Shown: positions 1 to 10,383, counted from the stretch's first letter. The stretch is DNA of 64,000 bases from Candidatus Latescibacterota bacterium (GCA_965217865.1 CBDCJO010000002.1:2432001-2496000); one strand, 5' to 3'. Translations and numbers: made by a program. Notes: a model not told the origin generated them from the letters alone.

Positions 1-512
1 GTGAGCCTATCCCGCGTACCTTGAAGAAACAGCATTGGAATCGTGAGATCTAAAAGGTGCCGGGTGCGCTCTTCCGCCTTGCCTGCCAGGGGAAAGGCCA
101 GAAACACGATGCCCTCCAGATGTGGGATCGGTGATTCAGCTGCTGCCATCGATGTCATCCGTCCACTCATCGAATGGCCCCCCGCAAAAAGCCGAACCCC
201 GGGCGCCGTTCCGGCTGCGGCTCCGATCGCGGAGCGCACGGTCTCAAGGAGAATCCCCCGCGAATCAGGGCGCCGTCCGCCGGCCTCCGTGTATGGAAAC
301 TGGTAGCGAAACGTCCCGATCCCGGCCGGCCCAAGCTTTTGGCTGAGGCCTTCCAGAAGGGGGCTCCGCATGTTGGAACCCGCACCGTGGCCAAGGACCA
401 GCAGTCCTTTTGCGTCCCCGGGAAGGGTCAACAGCGCGGACACCTCACCTTTCTCCTTGGTCGCGACGAACCTCAGTTCTTTCGGTTTCGGGGCTTTGTG
501 AAATTCCATTGA
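1..512 (-). CDS. Alpha/beta hydrolase family protein (partial; runs off the window edge, start not evident)
   Basis: Not in the ORF track. Manual minus-strand translation gives ...LLVLGHGAGSNM...FRYQFPY...FAGGHSMSGRMTS...LFLQGTRDRL, with the GxSxG-like nucleophile elbow. Confidence 0.75.
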
Positions 513-518
513 CCTCTC

Positions 519-1111
519 CCCCAAGCGATCTGCTCGGAGAGGATTTCAACTACATGGGCAGCGATGGAAACTACTACGTGGGGGATACGGGGTGGCATTC
601 CGATGGGAGACATCCGGAATTTTTACACATCAAAATTGCTTTTTACCTGGACCGCCTGACCCCGGAAACCGGCAGTCTCCGGGTCATTCCAGGGAGCCAT
701 CGGATCGGGGATCGCTTTGAGGAAAACCTTCAGGATCAGGTTCGAGCTAGCGATCACAATTGGGGGGTCGGGGGAGCCGACGTACCGTCCTTCGCTTTTG
801 AGAACGGGCCGGGAGACCTGCTCTGTTTCAACCACAACACCAAGCACGCGGCCTTCGGTGGGGGGATTCGGAGGCGAATGTTTACGATAAACTTGAGCCA
901 GCGCTATCCCGAAAACCGACTGGAAGATCTTCGATCCTACCTGGCTAAAGCAGCTCGTTTCTGGATCGATCGGAAATACGGTGAGATCATGGTCCGCACC
1001 GCCGGTCCGGAGCGGATGCGTCACCTGGAACAGGTGATGGCCAACGACGGGCATCTGGCCGAACTATCCCGGAAAGCCCGAGAGGAAATGACCGAACCGG
1101 CTCGGGGTTAA
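519..1111 (+). pseudogene. Phytanoyl-CoA dioxygenase (PhyH)-family Fe(II)/2OG dioxygenase, 5'-truncated
   Basis: WHSD, GSLRVIPGSH, PGDLLCFNHNTKH and RRMFT motifs in ORF 410..1111. The first ~36 codons are the antisense of the hydrolase gene. Confidence 0.75.
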
Positions 1112-1247
1112 AGGGGAAACCGGAGGGGTGGTTGCTAAAAATCCACACCCTTCCTATCCTGTGATCGCGATGGGCCCAAAGAATGTGGCAAACGCGGTCT
1201 TCGGTGGCGGCACAGGCAATTCGGATGAGAAATGATGAACCGCATTT

Positions 1248-2082
1248 TTGAACCCTTCTTCAACCGGATCTATAAGAAGGTCTTCGATCATCTCTTCGGC
1301 GGTATTCGTCCTCATCGCGGTGATCATCACCGCAGGGGTGATATATTACGCGAGGCAGAAGTACGAGAGCGACCTCAAACGCAAAGTCGCGGAGTTCGCC
1401 ATCATCGCTGCGGAACAGAGCCGGGAAATGTTCATCGATGCCCTGCAACAGCACCATGTCACCCTCGAGGAACTCTTCGATGACGACTACCAGAAGATCA
1501 GTTTGGAAGAATTCAAAGCCACGTATGTTTCCGAGAGTGATCAACACAGAATCTCCGATGACTATATCCGTCTACTGATGGATCGTGTGGTGGAAAAGGA
1601 CGTAGATGAATACTATCGCTACCACACCGCTTATGACCAGATCCCTTTTCTAAACGAGCGGGCTTTGCAGATCGAAGAGCCTTTCCTGAAATTGGAGAAC
1701 ATCGATTTCACCCTGGTGATCGACCGCAACGGCTATATCCCCTTTCACCACGCTGCCAATTCCAAAAAATTAACGGGCGATCTCGAAACCGACATTTTCG
1801 CCAACCGCACCAAACGTATGTGGCGAAAATTTGGGGGAAGAACACAGAATCCTGACGGAGTTTCTTATACTTATTACCGACGCGACACCGGTACTCCCTA
1901 CCTCAATGTCAACGGCCCCATCGTGCTGGAAGGCAGGCACTGGGGGGCCGTTGTAATAGGATACAACGCGACGGAAATCGATACGGCTGTAGCCGAATTA
2001 CAACGAACCGCCGCACTGCTCATCCTCGCCATCGTCCTGCTGACCGTCACCATTTACTCCATCTTCATTCTCTTTTCCCTAG
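1248..2082 (+). pseudogene. Membrane sensor protein (TM - Cache-like MCP-type domain - TM), truncated by IS copy 1
   Basis: Two hydrophobic segments flank IDRNGYIPFHH...LTGD...NRTKR...YRRDTG...GRHWG. The ORF ends at the IS CTAG site with no signalling domain. Confidence 0.6.
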
Positions 2083-3609
2083 CAGCCCGTTGAAGAACTA
2101 CCTTTCAACGCACATAAACGGAAAAGACGCCTGGAGTGCGGGTCGGATAAATCAAGGTAAGGAGATTGAGCAGGAGACGCTGATAAGAGGTTAAAAAGGT
2201 GACCGAGGGCAGCAAAGCGTGATTGTAGGACGAGCAGTAGACGCTGCAAGGCCTTGGCCAGGTCCTGGAGGGCCTTCGGAGTACCTACGCCCATCACTTT
2301 GCGCATGAGCAGAGCCAGGTTGCAGCCCCCGATGTGGATCAGCAAACGCTTGAGGATATTGCCGCGGTCTCTCAAGTGCAACCTGCGCATGCCACCGGTA
2401 TCATATGTGTGAGCGATGGTTCTTTCCACCCGTTCTGCACGACTTCGGCGCAAGGCCTTGCCGCGATCTCCCTTGATCCGGCGTCGATTCGCATATACCG
2501 CGGCCTGCTCATCTCGTCGGCCGTTCCACTTGCGGCGTCCCCGATCCGGTTCTGAAATGTAACTCCGGATGCCGCCTTGCTTCAGACTGGTCAATACATC
2601 GTTGCTATGATATCCTTTGTCCGCAACCACCTCCCGTATACGCTGTCTGTGCAAACGTTTGGCAGCTTTTTCGTCCTTCGCGACCTGCTTGAGATTGAGC
2701 TGCGCCTCGAGCAGCGTCCAGGGCAACGACTCGGTATCTCCTTCATCTGCTCCCGACAACGCCACTGCCACAATGGCATTGGTGTCCAGATCCACCGCGT
2801 GCTCCACCTTGTGCGCCATGTGCGTGCGACCGTCCTTCATCTTAGCGATCTTGGCATCCGGGTCGTGCGGGTGCTCCCAGTCCTGGTTCGATCCCTTCTT
2901 CGGTCGCTTCTTATCGATCTTGGACAAGTCCTCGCGGGTAGGCGTTTCAATGCCCGAGGCCTTGGCCAGATTCTCAAGGAATGCCTGGTAGCCTTCACCC
3001 GTGTCACGGCGTACAATGCTGCGCATCGCGGCGTTGGCCTCCAGTGTCGTAGCATCCACGCCCAACGTCTTCCCCTTCACCAGACCCGCTTTGCACAAGA
3101 CCCTCAGGATCCACTTGAAAACCGCTTCGTGAACTTCCAAGGGAAGCCGATGCCGGATGCGAGACAGGCTGGAATGATCCGGGGTCTGTTCGTCAAGGGC
3201 ATACCCCAAAAACCGGCGCAACGTCAGCGAGTCAGATACACGCCATTCGATCCCACGTTCCGAATCAAGTCCCTCGAAATACCCAATCAAAAGCATCCGA
3301 AAATAAACCCCGGGCGGAATGCCCTTGCGACCCATATGAGGAGCGTAATACCGCTGGCAAAGCCCCTCGACGAACTCGTCGAAGCCGTTCGCCCCCAATA
3401 CCTGATTCAGCTTCTCGTAGAACGGATGACCCGGAGATTTCACCAAAGTGTTCGATGCGATGTTCAGGTTTTCCTGTCTCTGTCGTCCTCGTTTTCCCAT
3501 TGCCATTTGCTCGTCCTCCCTTCTCAGTTTGAACCTGATATATCATAGGACCAAACCACAAGGAAAGACAACAGTCATCTTGGCATAAACGCACTTTTTC
3601 AACAGGCTG
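2083..3609 (-). mobile_element. IS5/IS1182-like DDE insertion sequence, copy 1 (1527 bp; transposase 2079..3506)
   Basis: Ends CAGCCTGTTGAAAAAG / CAGCCCGTTGAAGAAC. CTAG at 2079-2082 and 3610-3613. Motifs PDHSSLSR, GVDATT, VADKGY, ERVERT. Confidence 0.93.
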
Positions 3610-3613
3610 CTAG

Positions 3614-3805
3614 TGTCGTGTCCCGGAAATTCCTTCAATAATTTCTCGGATAGCGGTCTGTAAACCCTGAACGGAGCGAAGGATCTCTATGTCCCGAACT
3701 ATCAGACAGTTGGTGCGTTCTTCGCTCGCTCGCTCTCGATCAAAATGACAGCCACCGCTACGTTTTTGGAGGCTTTCTTTTGTAAGGAACTTCTGGGACA
3801 CGACA
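3614..3805. mobile_element. 192-bp MITE-like element with 22-bp terminal inverted repeats
   Basis: TGTCGTGTCCCGGAAATTCCTT vs TGTCGTGTCCCAGAAGTTCCTT (20/22 identical), flanked by CTAG on both sides. Its right half recurs at about 23015-23090. Confidence 0.75.
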
Positions 3806-3808
3806 CTA

Positions 3809-3823
3809 GGCCTTCGTTGAGCG
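3809..3823 (+). CRISPR. 3' fragment of the I-G-like CRISPR repeat found at 10384-10420
   Basis: GGCCTTCGTTGAGCG is identical to the last 15 nt of that repeat and lies just before a cas3 fragment. Confidence 0.55.
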
Positions 3824-3840
3824 CTTACCCCTGCGTGATT

Positions 3841-3945
3841 CCGTTCCCCTGGCAAGCGCATCTGGCTACGCAGGTCGCTGATACCGAGGGATGGCCTGCC
3901 GAAGTAGGCGTACCGACGGGACTGGGGAAGACGGCTTGTCTGGAC
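3841..3945 (+). pseudogene. cas3: N-terminal fragment of a type I-G (I-U) Cas3 helicase
   Basis: PFPWQAHLA...GWPAEVGVPTGLGKTACLD matches the Q-motif plus Walker A pattern of I-G Cas3. Confidence 0.65.
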
Positions 3946-4079
3946 CGCGGTGCGGAGGTTGTCCTTGGGGGTGAGCATCGTCGTCGGCTGGCCCCATCCG
4001 GCAGATCCGCGTGCCTGCACCACCGCGACACTTCCGCCAAATCGAGGGCGTTTCCGGCGCTCGTGAATCGCCGGAAACG

Positions 4080-4470
4080 CCCTCGCCAGGATGTGGTCTT
4101 CCCCTGCTGTGCAGAACACAACATCGGTGTAATCAACGTCTTCACGGTACGCAATCTCTTCGGGAATCCCCCACGCCTCAGAGAGGTCATTCAAGATCTC
4201 AAAAGACGGGGAAAGATAGCACCCGAGGCCCTTCCGGACGAAACCCCCTTGGCTTGGCTCCTGGAAGATCCCGAAGTCGGTTCACTGGTGGCAGCGGCCT
4301 ACCGATACGCGTTGCACACCGAGCCGGTAACCGCGGTGATGAGCGGCACCATCGAGCGATCGGAACTGGAAGAAAACGTCGCCACATCCGGACAACCGCC
4401 CTTGCCCGAATACTTGCGAGACAGGCTCAAGGAGATATTCGGCGTTATTGCCGAACCCATCGGGAACTGA
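4080..4470 (+). pseudogene. Aldo/keto reductase C-terminal fragment
   Basis: VFPCCAEHNIGVI...AAYRYALHTEPVTAVMSGT...ELEENV. Confidence 0.6.
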
Positions 4471-4489
4471 AGTCTGAAGGAGCGGAATG

Positions 4490-4608
4490 ACCTCTGCCTT
4501 TTGCTTTCCTGCTACTGCCACTTGTTACTGCTACTGCTTCCCTCGACCTCCGACCGCTGACCTCTGACTTTTGCATTTTCCATTTTCCATTTTTCACTTT
4601 GCAATTTC
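4490..4608. repeat. Degenerate heptamer tandem repeats
   Basis: Runs of ctgctac, ctctgac and ttttcca units. Similar tracts occur at 21924-21956 and 58415-58460. Confidence 0.5.
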
Positions 4609-4985
4609 CATCCCCTCTTTCCCCTTGACATTGAGGACCTCCAAACCTATCTTTTCACACGTAAGGATAATTGGTGCTTGTCGATAAAGGTTTCCTTGGA
4701 TGAAAGAGCAAGAACCGAAATGTAGAGTCTTACAGGAAATCGAGATGGCTTTTCTGTCTCCTAGCAGGTCATTTCTCTTCGGTATCGCATTTGGCAAGAT
4801 AGCAATCGGCGGTGCCTTAAAGGGGAGAAGTATGCCCATGTCCTTCGAGGGGTTTGATCCTTAACTTGCTGTATCATTAAGCGATACAACATACGGGTCG
4901 TGAGGAACCTCCTCACGACTTTTTTTATTCTACTTCCCGAAGCCGTGGGCTCTATCTGAATGCTCACGGCTTTTTTTTAACGGAA

Positions 4986-6851
4986 GTGGTGACGATGACG
5001 ATTCTGGAAGTCAATAACGTAACCAAAAGATTCGGGGCCGATGTGATCCTCGAGAAAATTTCATTCAAGGTCAATGGAGGGGAAAAAATCGGCCTGGTCG
5101 GGGCAAATGGATCCGGTAAGTCCACCTTGCTGAAGATGATCGTTGGAGCGGAGCAAACAACGGCCGGAACGATCATAAGGCAAAAGGGCATCGGGATCGG
5201 CTACCTCGCACAGCATCTGCAGTATTCCCCAGGCAATACGGTCTACCAGGAGATCCTGGACAGCTTCAAGCCGCTGATAAAGCTGGGAGCCGAACTAAGA
5301 GCGCTCGAAGCCAGGATGAGTAGTGCTGAGGAGGAGGAGCTTAAGCCGGCGTTGGATCGATATGGGAGGTTGCAAGACGAATACGAACGGCAGGGAGGAT
5401 TCACATATGAGCAAAGAATTGAGGCCGTGATAGAAGGCCTCAGGATCTCCAAGATGAGGGAGCAAAGCATCGAGTCATTGAGCGGCGGGGAAAAGAATAT
5501 CGTAGCGCTTGCTAAGATCCTACTCGGGGAACCGGACGTGCTTCTCCTGGACGAGCCGGCCAACCACCTGGATTTCGAAGGTATGGCCTGGTTGGAGGAG
5601 TTTCTCGGGAACTACAACAAGACCATTATCCTGGTTTCTCACAACCGTTATCTTCTGGACAGAGTCGTGGATAGCGTACTTGAATTAGAGGATAAGAGGA
5701 TTACCGGCTATCCGGGCAACTATTCGGCCTATCGGGCCGGAAAGATGAGAAACCTGCTCAAGCAAAGAGCCGCGCATGAGAGCCAGCAGAAGGAGATTCA
5801 GCGTATTGAAAAAATGATCGCAAGGTTTGAATTATGGGGGGGGGAGAAAAATGCCATACGGGCTCGAAGCAAGCGGAAAATGCTGGACAGGATGAATCGG
5901 ATTGAGAAGCCAAACCTTGACAGGAAAGGCATCGAACCCCGTTTTTCTGTTAATGAGAGAACCGGTCGAATTGCGTTAGAGCTTAAGGGGTATTCAAGAG
6001 TCTTCGGAGAAGCCGTGCTATTCGACAATGTTCAGTTACATCTATCCTCAGGTGATCGAGTGGGATTGTTGGGCGCGAACGGCACTGGCAAAACCACGCT
6101 TTTCAAGGACATTGTCAAGCATGCTTCCTGGGACAATCCAGCCATTAGAATCGGACCCAAGACAAAGATAGGATACTATGCACAGGAACACGAAACGCTC
6201 AATCCGGAACGTTCAATTACGGAAGAGGTGCAATGGCATAGTGAGGTGTCCAGAGATCAAGCCTTCGCGCTCCTGTCCAAATTCCTCTTCGCGTGGACCG
6301 ATATCGATAAGAAGATCAGGACCTTGAGCGGAGGGGAAAAAAGCCGGGTTCAGATCGCCAGGTTGACGGTCTCCGATTCGAATCTGCTCCTTCTGGATGA
6401 GCCCACAAACCACCTGGATATCCAGTCAAGAGAGCGAATGGAGGAGGCACTCGAAGCATTCGAAGGAACCATCCTGGTCGTCTCACACGACCGGTACTTC
6501 CTGGACCGAATTGTGGACCGGATCGTTGAAATCAGAAATCCCCGTCTGCTGGAGTATCCGGGAAACTTTAGTTACTTCTGGGAAAAACGAAAGGAAGGAA
6601 AGGAGTCTGTTCAAAAGAGGAAGAAAAGGAAACCTGTTTCAAGAAAGAAGAAGCGATCTGTCAAGGCATCAGCTTCATCCGTACCGGAGGAGATCAAGAA
6701 GAAAATAAACCGGCTCGAGGAGGAAAAACTCCGGTGCGAGAAGAGCATGGTTTCTGCATATCGCAACCGAGATTACAAACAGGGGGAAAAGATCAGCCAG
6801 AGACTTCGGAAAATCGAGACACAGATCGAGGAGCTTTATGAAAGCCTGTAA
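4986..6851 (+). CDS. ABC-F family ATP-binding protein
   Basis: Two ABC domains (GANGSGKST, LSGGEK, LLLDEPANHLD; GANGTGKTT, LLLDEPTNHLD), no TM segments, C-terminal coiled coil. Confidence 0.92.
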   Translation: MVTMTILEVNNVTKRFGADVILEKISFKVNGGEKIGLVGANGSGKSTLLKMIVGAEQTTAGTIIRQKGIGIGYLAQHLQYSPGNTVYQEILDSFKPLIKLGAELRALEARMSSAEEEELKPALDRYGRLQDEYERQGGFTYEQRIEAVIEGLRISKMREQSIESLSGGEKNIVALAKILLGEPDVLLLDEPANHLDFEGMAWLEEFLGNYNKTIILVSHNRYLLDRVVDSVLELEDKRITGYPGNYSAYRAGKMRNLLKQRAAHESQQKEIQRIEKMIARFELWGGEKNAIRARSKRKMLDRMNRIEKPNLDRKGIEPRFSVNERTGRIALELKGYSRVFGEAVLFDNVQLHLSSGDRVGLLGANGTGKTTLFKDIVKHASWDNPAIRIGPKTKIGYYAQEHETLNPERSITEEVQWHSEVSRDQAFALLSKFLFAWTDIDKKIRTLSGGEKSRVQIARLTVSDSNLLLLDEPTNHLDIQSRERMEEALEAFEGTILVVSHDRYFLDRIVDRIVEIRNPRLLEYPGNFSYFWEKRKEGKESVQKRKKRKPVSRKKKRSVKASASSVPEEIKKKINRLEEEKLRCEKSMVSAYRNRDYKQGEKISQRLRKIETQIEELYESL

Positions 6852-6874
6852 CGTTTTTGCGGATAGATCTCCAA

Positions 6875-7590
6875 TTAGGATACAGGCATCCCCACAAATA
6901 GCCTGCTGAAGTCATCAACGAGTGGATCTTCCTCTCCGCTATCTGCAGCTCGTGCAAAAACGACTCCCGGGCGCTTCGCACGTCGCGCCCTTGCCAGCAC
7001 ACCGTAACCCTTTGGCGCGTTTATTTCTTGCACTTCCTGAGCTTTCTCGCGTATCTCGAATTGGACCCGCGCAAGCCCATTTCTCGCCCCGAAAACACGG
7101 GCAAAAACCTCTTCAGGCGTGAGGCCATCCCGCCAACCGTTGGGGATCGGAACAAGCTTTCCTTCCACGTCCGGTACGACCCCGCTGCCGCCCAAGTACT
7201 GACGAAGCTGGTGGACGTTTGCGTGCGCCCCGCATTTCGACATCAGGATCACCTGTCCAATATTGTTGTCATCATACGCGCAAAAACCCATCACCCGAGC
7301 CTCCACCTCCCCGGCATAAGCCAGCCACTGATCAGGGTCGTTCTCCTCAGGCTGGGGAGGAAGATCCAAATCCTCCCCAATGAACGGGCTCACAAATGCA
7401 CCCATCCCCTTTGCGACCTCGAAACCGCGCCGCATCAGCCGTTCTGAAGCATCGAGGGCTTTTTGGGGGCCCTCGTGTTCAACGATGTGTCGCAAAGCCT
7501 TAATAAGGGTGTGCCTCGTGATAATTCCGTCTTTTCTCCCCACCTCGGCGCCCGCGAGTTTCCCGATCTCCCCCCATCCTGTCCGTCGAG
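6875..7590 (-). pseudogene. Divergent RNA polymerase beta'-like protein, C-terminal part only
   Basis: LMRRGFEVA...VILMSKCGAHANVHQLRQYLG...PIPNGWRDGLTPEEVFARVFGARNGLA parallels the RpoC segment MxxSGARG...QIRQL.G...NFREGL...HGARKGL. Confidence 0.6.
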
Positions 7591-7747
7591 ACCCGCCTTC
7601 CGGCACAGCGCCTCGATGCCGGGTGGGCGAAAGGTGACGGTCACAGTCTCGTCGAGAGAGTCGGGAAGGGGATCGAGGTCAGGCTCCAAGGGGATACTTG
7701 CCGGAGGACCTTCCGAAACGTCGAAACCGGCCGCCCGGATGCAACCG

Positions 7748-8007
7748 GGCTGTTAAACAAGGCCGACGGGAAAAACAGAGAATCAGAGAATCCTGAGGAA
7801 ACATCTCTGCTCAGCGGACGCAACCCCACGGTTGTGCTTGCAATCCCGGGTGGAGCGCTTCGAAACAGAGAATCGGCAGAGAGGGGAAGGAGGTGGCCCA
7901 AGTGTTTGTGAATACGACAGAAACGACAAGACTCCGAAGGGTTGCCCCACGGGGTCTTGCGTTAACGGACGACCGCCGAAGTTGGCGGATGGGAATATGG
8001 CTCCCCA
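7748..8007 (-). repeat. ~260-bp dispersed non-coding repeat, copy A
   Basis: Closely similar inverted copy at 36863-37120. Starts TGGGGAGCCA, contains the hairpin CAAGAC...GTCTTG and ends TTTAACAGCC. Confidence 0.85.
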
Positions 8008-8174
8008 ACTGCACCCTTTTCCTAACCGCTCACCGTCACGCCAGAGAGAGAACCCCTTGTATTTGAGTAAGTTGTGGAACAAGGACGCCTGCCGCCTGTG
8101 GCCCACGGCCAGGCACTTCACCTCGTGGCTCCCCTCCCGCACCCCTCTTCAGAACCCTCCTCTGTTCGACTGGA

Positions 8175-8246
8175 AAGTCGTAACATCCTGTATTGAACTG
8201 TCGTAATCACGCCCGCTACCACAGAGGCGGGAGTCATGTCAAGACC
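8175..8246 (-). repeat. Diverged third copy of the ~115-bp motif duplicated at 36579-36870
   Basis: Minus strand reads GTCTTGACATGACTCCCGCCTCTGTGGTAGCGGGCGTGATTACGACAGTTCAATACAGGATGTTACGAC, versus GTCTTGACATGGCTTCCGCCTCTGCGGTGCTGGCGTAATTACGATAG...TTCAATACAGCAAGTTACGAC. Confidence 0.7.
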
Positions 8247-8411
8247 GGTTCCCGTTTTTTCAGCCGGATCAGCGGGGCGGAAACGGCGCCAAGGGCAACT
8301 CCTGGCTGGACCTGGCCAGGGGAGAGCCATGGGCGAGGGACTCAGGGCGCTTCACGTCACCTGGGGAGGACGAAAGGGCCTTTGGAGGGAAGGGGTGAAC
8401 TGTTAATTTTT

Positions 8412-10154
8412 CTACTCAACTGAAGCATTGTCCAAAATGGAATCTAAAGGGTGAGGAACCTTAATCGCGCCTGCTACTTTTTCTGCGAGAATTGGCGGTA
8501 CTGCATCAGCTACCTGCTGCTGCTGAAATCCTATGGAACCCAAAAATTGATAGTCGTCCGGGAAGGATTGAAGTCGGGCAGCTTCTCTAACTGACAGGCC
8601 TCGATTCTGCTCAGGATGGATGAGCATATTTTTACGAAAATTCCCGATGACTTTAGCAGGTTTATTCTTTTCTAGTCTGTAATAGATTCCTGTGTGGCAG
8701 CGTGCGATATCCTTGTAATTATCTATTAATTCAGGTGGTACGGCTTCCCAGTTTTGGCCGGATTTGATATGCCTATATCGCTTGATAATCTTCTCCGCAT
8801 TGTGTGATACAAGATTGCCTTGCACATTGCCCAGTTCTGGCAAATCATTGATTGCCTGCCGCACCTTAACATAAGGTTTTTTTCCAGGGCCCCGAGTAGA
8901 CTCAGGAAAGTTAATGGGCAAACCAAACCGGTTTCCGAGAATAAAAAGCCGCCGCCGGAACTGAGGCACCCCATAATCCGCTGCATTCAATTCTTTCCAT
9001 TTGACTTCGTAACCAAGTGCAGCGCATTCTTCAATGATGCGTTGAAGGATGTAACCCCCAGATAAGGTTCGCAGACCAGCGACATTTTCGAAGACAAACC
9101 ACACCGGCTGCACAGCTTTTAGAAACTTGAGAAATTGTTGATAAAGATGATTTTGGGGATTTGTAAGTGATCTCGTGCGACGGTTTGACTCCGAGAAACC
9201 CTGACACGGGGGGCCATTAATCAGGACTGTAATATCTCCTGGCCTCAATCCCAGACGACTTAGAGAGGCATCAGGATCAAAACTGCAGATATCCTCCTCT
9301 AAAAGATCCGCTTCCGGATGATTGTGTCTATAGGTGGCAGCAGCGTGAGGATCACTCTCAATAGCTTGAACAACCTGGAATCCTGCCTTTTTGAATCCCA
9401 AACTTAATCCTCCTGCGCCCGAAAAGAGGTCTAATGCAAGACGTTTAGGCCTGACTTCAATAGGTAGCGGTTTTGCCGCTGCTGGATGCAAACAGTATTT
9501 TCTTAGAGGACAGCCTTGGCAGTCAGGATCGTGTGCAAAGCAGCGGGTCCGACCGTGAGCAACAGCGTTTACGTGGAAAGCTTTGCGAAGGTGTTGAGGG
9601 ATGCCTTTTTGAAGCAATGTATGTGACTGTTCATAAGATACCCACCGGTGGATGAACCCCAGCCTGACAGCCAGACGGTAAGTGTGCACATCGACTGGGA
9701 GAACTGGGAAATCAAAACAATAAAGGAGAACACAACGCGCTGCCTTACATCCTATGCCAGGAAGGCAGAGAAGTTCCCTCTCTGCTTCCACCGGAGTCAT
9801 TGAGGATAGGGGAGACAAATCCAGCGAACCAAATCTTTGGATGATGCCTTGCAGTATTCGCTTCAGAAGCTCTGCGCGCCTTTTACCAAACCCAGCATCT
9901 TTGATAAGGGATTCAATCTGGGACCTTTTTGCATTAAGTAGCCCTTCCCATTTTAAGAAGTGTGCCTTCAGCCTTCTGAAGGCTTTCAGATATTTCTCCT
10001 CATCTGTCTTTTCCGAAAGTAGGATAAAAACAAGCTCATCCAAAGGATCCCTCTGGTTATTGAGGAGTGGGTCGCCATATTCTCCGGATAAAACTGACGT
10101 GGCACGAGTAACTTTGTAAGCTATGCCAGTTTTTCTACCCATTGGGTATCTCAT
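8412..10154 (-). CDS. Fusion of an endonuclease III-like HhH-GPD glycosylase and a DNA (cytosine-5) methyltransferase
   Basis: N-terminal: HhH LPGIGCKAA, PVDVH, 4Fe-4S motif C-X6-C-X2-C-X5-C. C-terminal: DLFSGAGG, PPCQGFS, ENV, QFRRRLF, REAARLQSFPD, QVADAVPP. Confidence 0.88.
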   Translation of the reverse strand: MRYPMGRKTGIAYKVTRATSVLSGEYGDPLLNNQRDPLDELVFILLSEKTDEEKYLKAFRRLKAHFLKWEGLLNAKRSQIESLIKDAGFGKRRAELLKRILQGIIQRFGSLDLSPLSSMTPVEAERELLCLPGIGCKAARCVLLYCFDFPVLPVDVHTYRLAVRLGFIHRWVSYEQSHTLLQKGIPQHLRKAFHVNAVAHGRTRCFAHDPDCQGCPLRKYCLHPAAAKPLPIEVRPKRLALDLFSGAGGLSLGFKKAGFQVVQAIESDPHAAATYRHNHPEADLLEEDICSFDPDASLSRLGLRPGDITVLINGPPCQGFSESNRRTRSLTNPQNHLYQQFLKFLKAVQPVWFVFENVAGLRTLSGGYILQRIIEECAALGYEVKWKELNAADYGVPQFRRRLFILGNRFGLPINFPESTRGPGKKPYVKVRQAINDLPELGNVQGNLVSHNAEKIIKRYRHIKSGQNWEAVPPELIDNYKDIARCHTGIYYRLEKNKPAKVIGNFRKNMLIHPEQNRGLSVREAARLQSFPDDYQFLGSIGFQQQQVADAVPPILAEKVAGAIKVPHPLDSILDNASVE

Positions 10155-10383
10155 CTATAAAGATACGATTAGCCCCTTCAGAATAGTTATCAATGTTATA
10201 CTCACCAGGTACACAATATACGATGTTTCGCAGGCTCAAGAGCGTAACGGAATACGTTTCCATAGAGCACATCATATTGACTACAAGCTGTGGATTCAGC
10301 CCTTATGGCCGAGAGAGCGGACGCACCTCTCCCTGGTTTGGAATAAACTCAGCCAGCATGAAAACGCCGCCGTTCGGGATCCA

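Noticed and set aside
2577-3548. 323-aa ORF (and the 62-124-aa ORFs) recurring with each IS copy
   Set aside because: These are antisense or alternate-frame shadows of the transposase and recur only because the IS does.
3614-3619. GTGTCG shared between the MITE end and the start of the CRISPR repeat
   Set aside because: A 6-nt match is expected by chance.
3745-4470. 241-aa ORF that looks like a Cas3-reductase fusion
   Set aside because: It is a chance open frame across MITE, repeat, cas3, unknown and aldo/keto reductase fragments.
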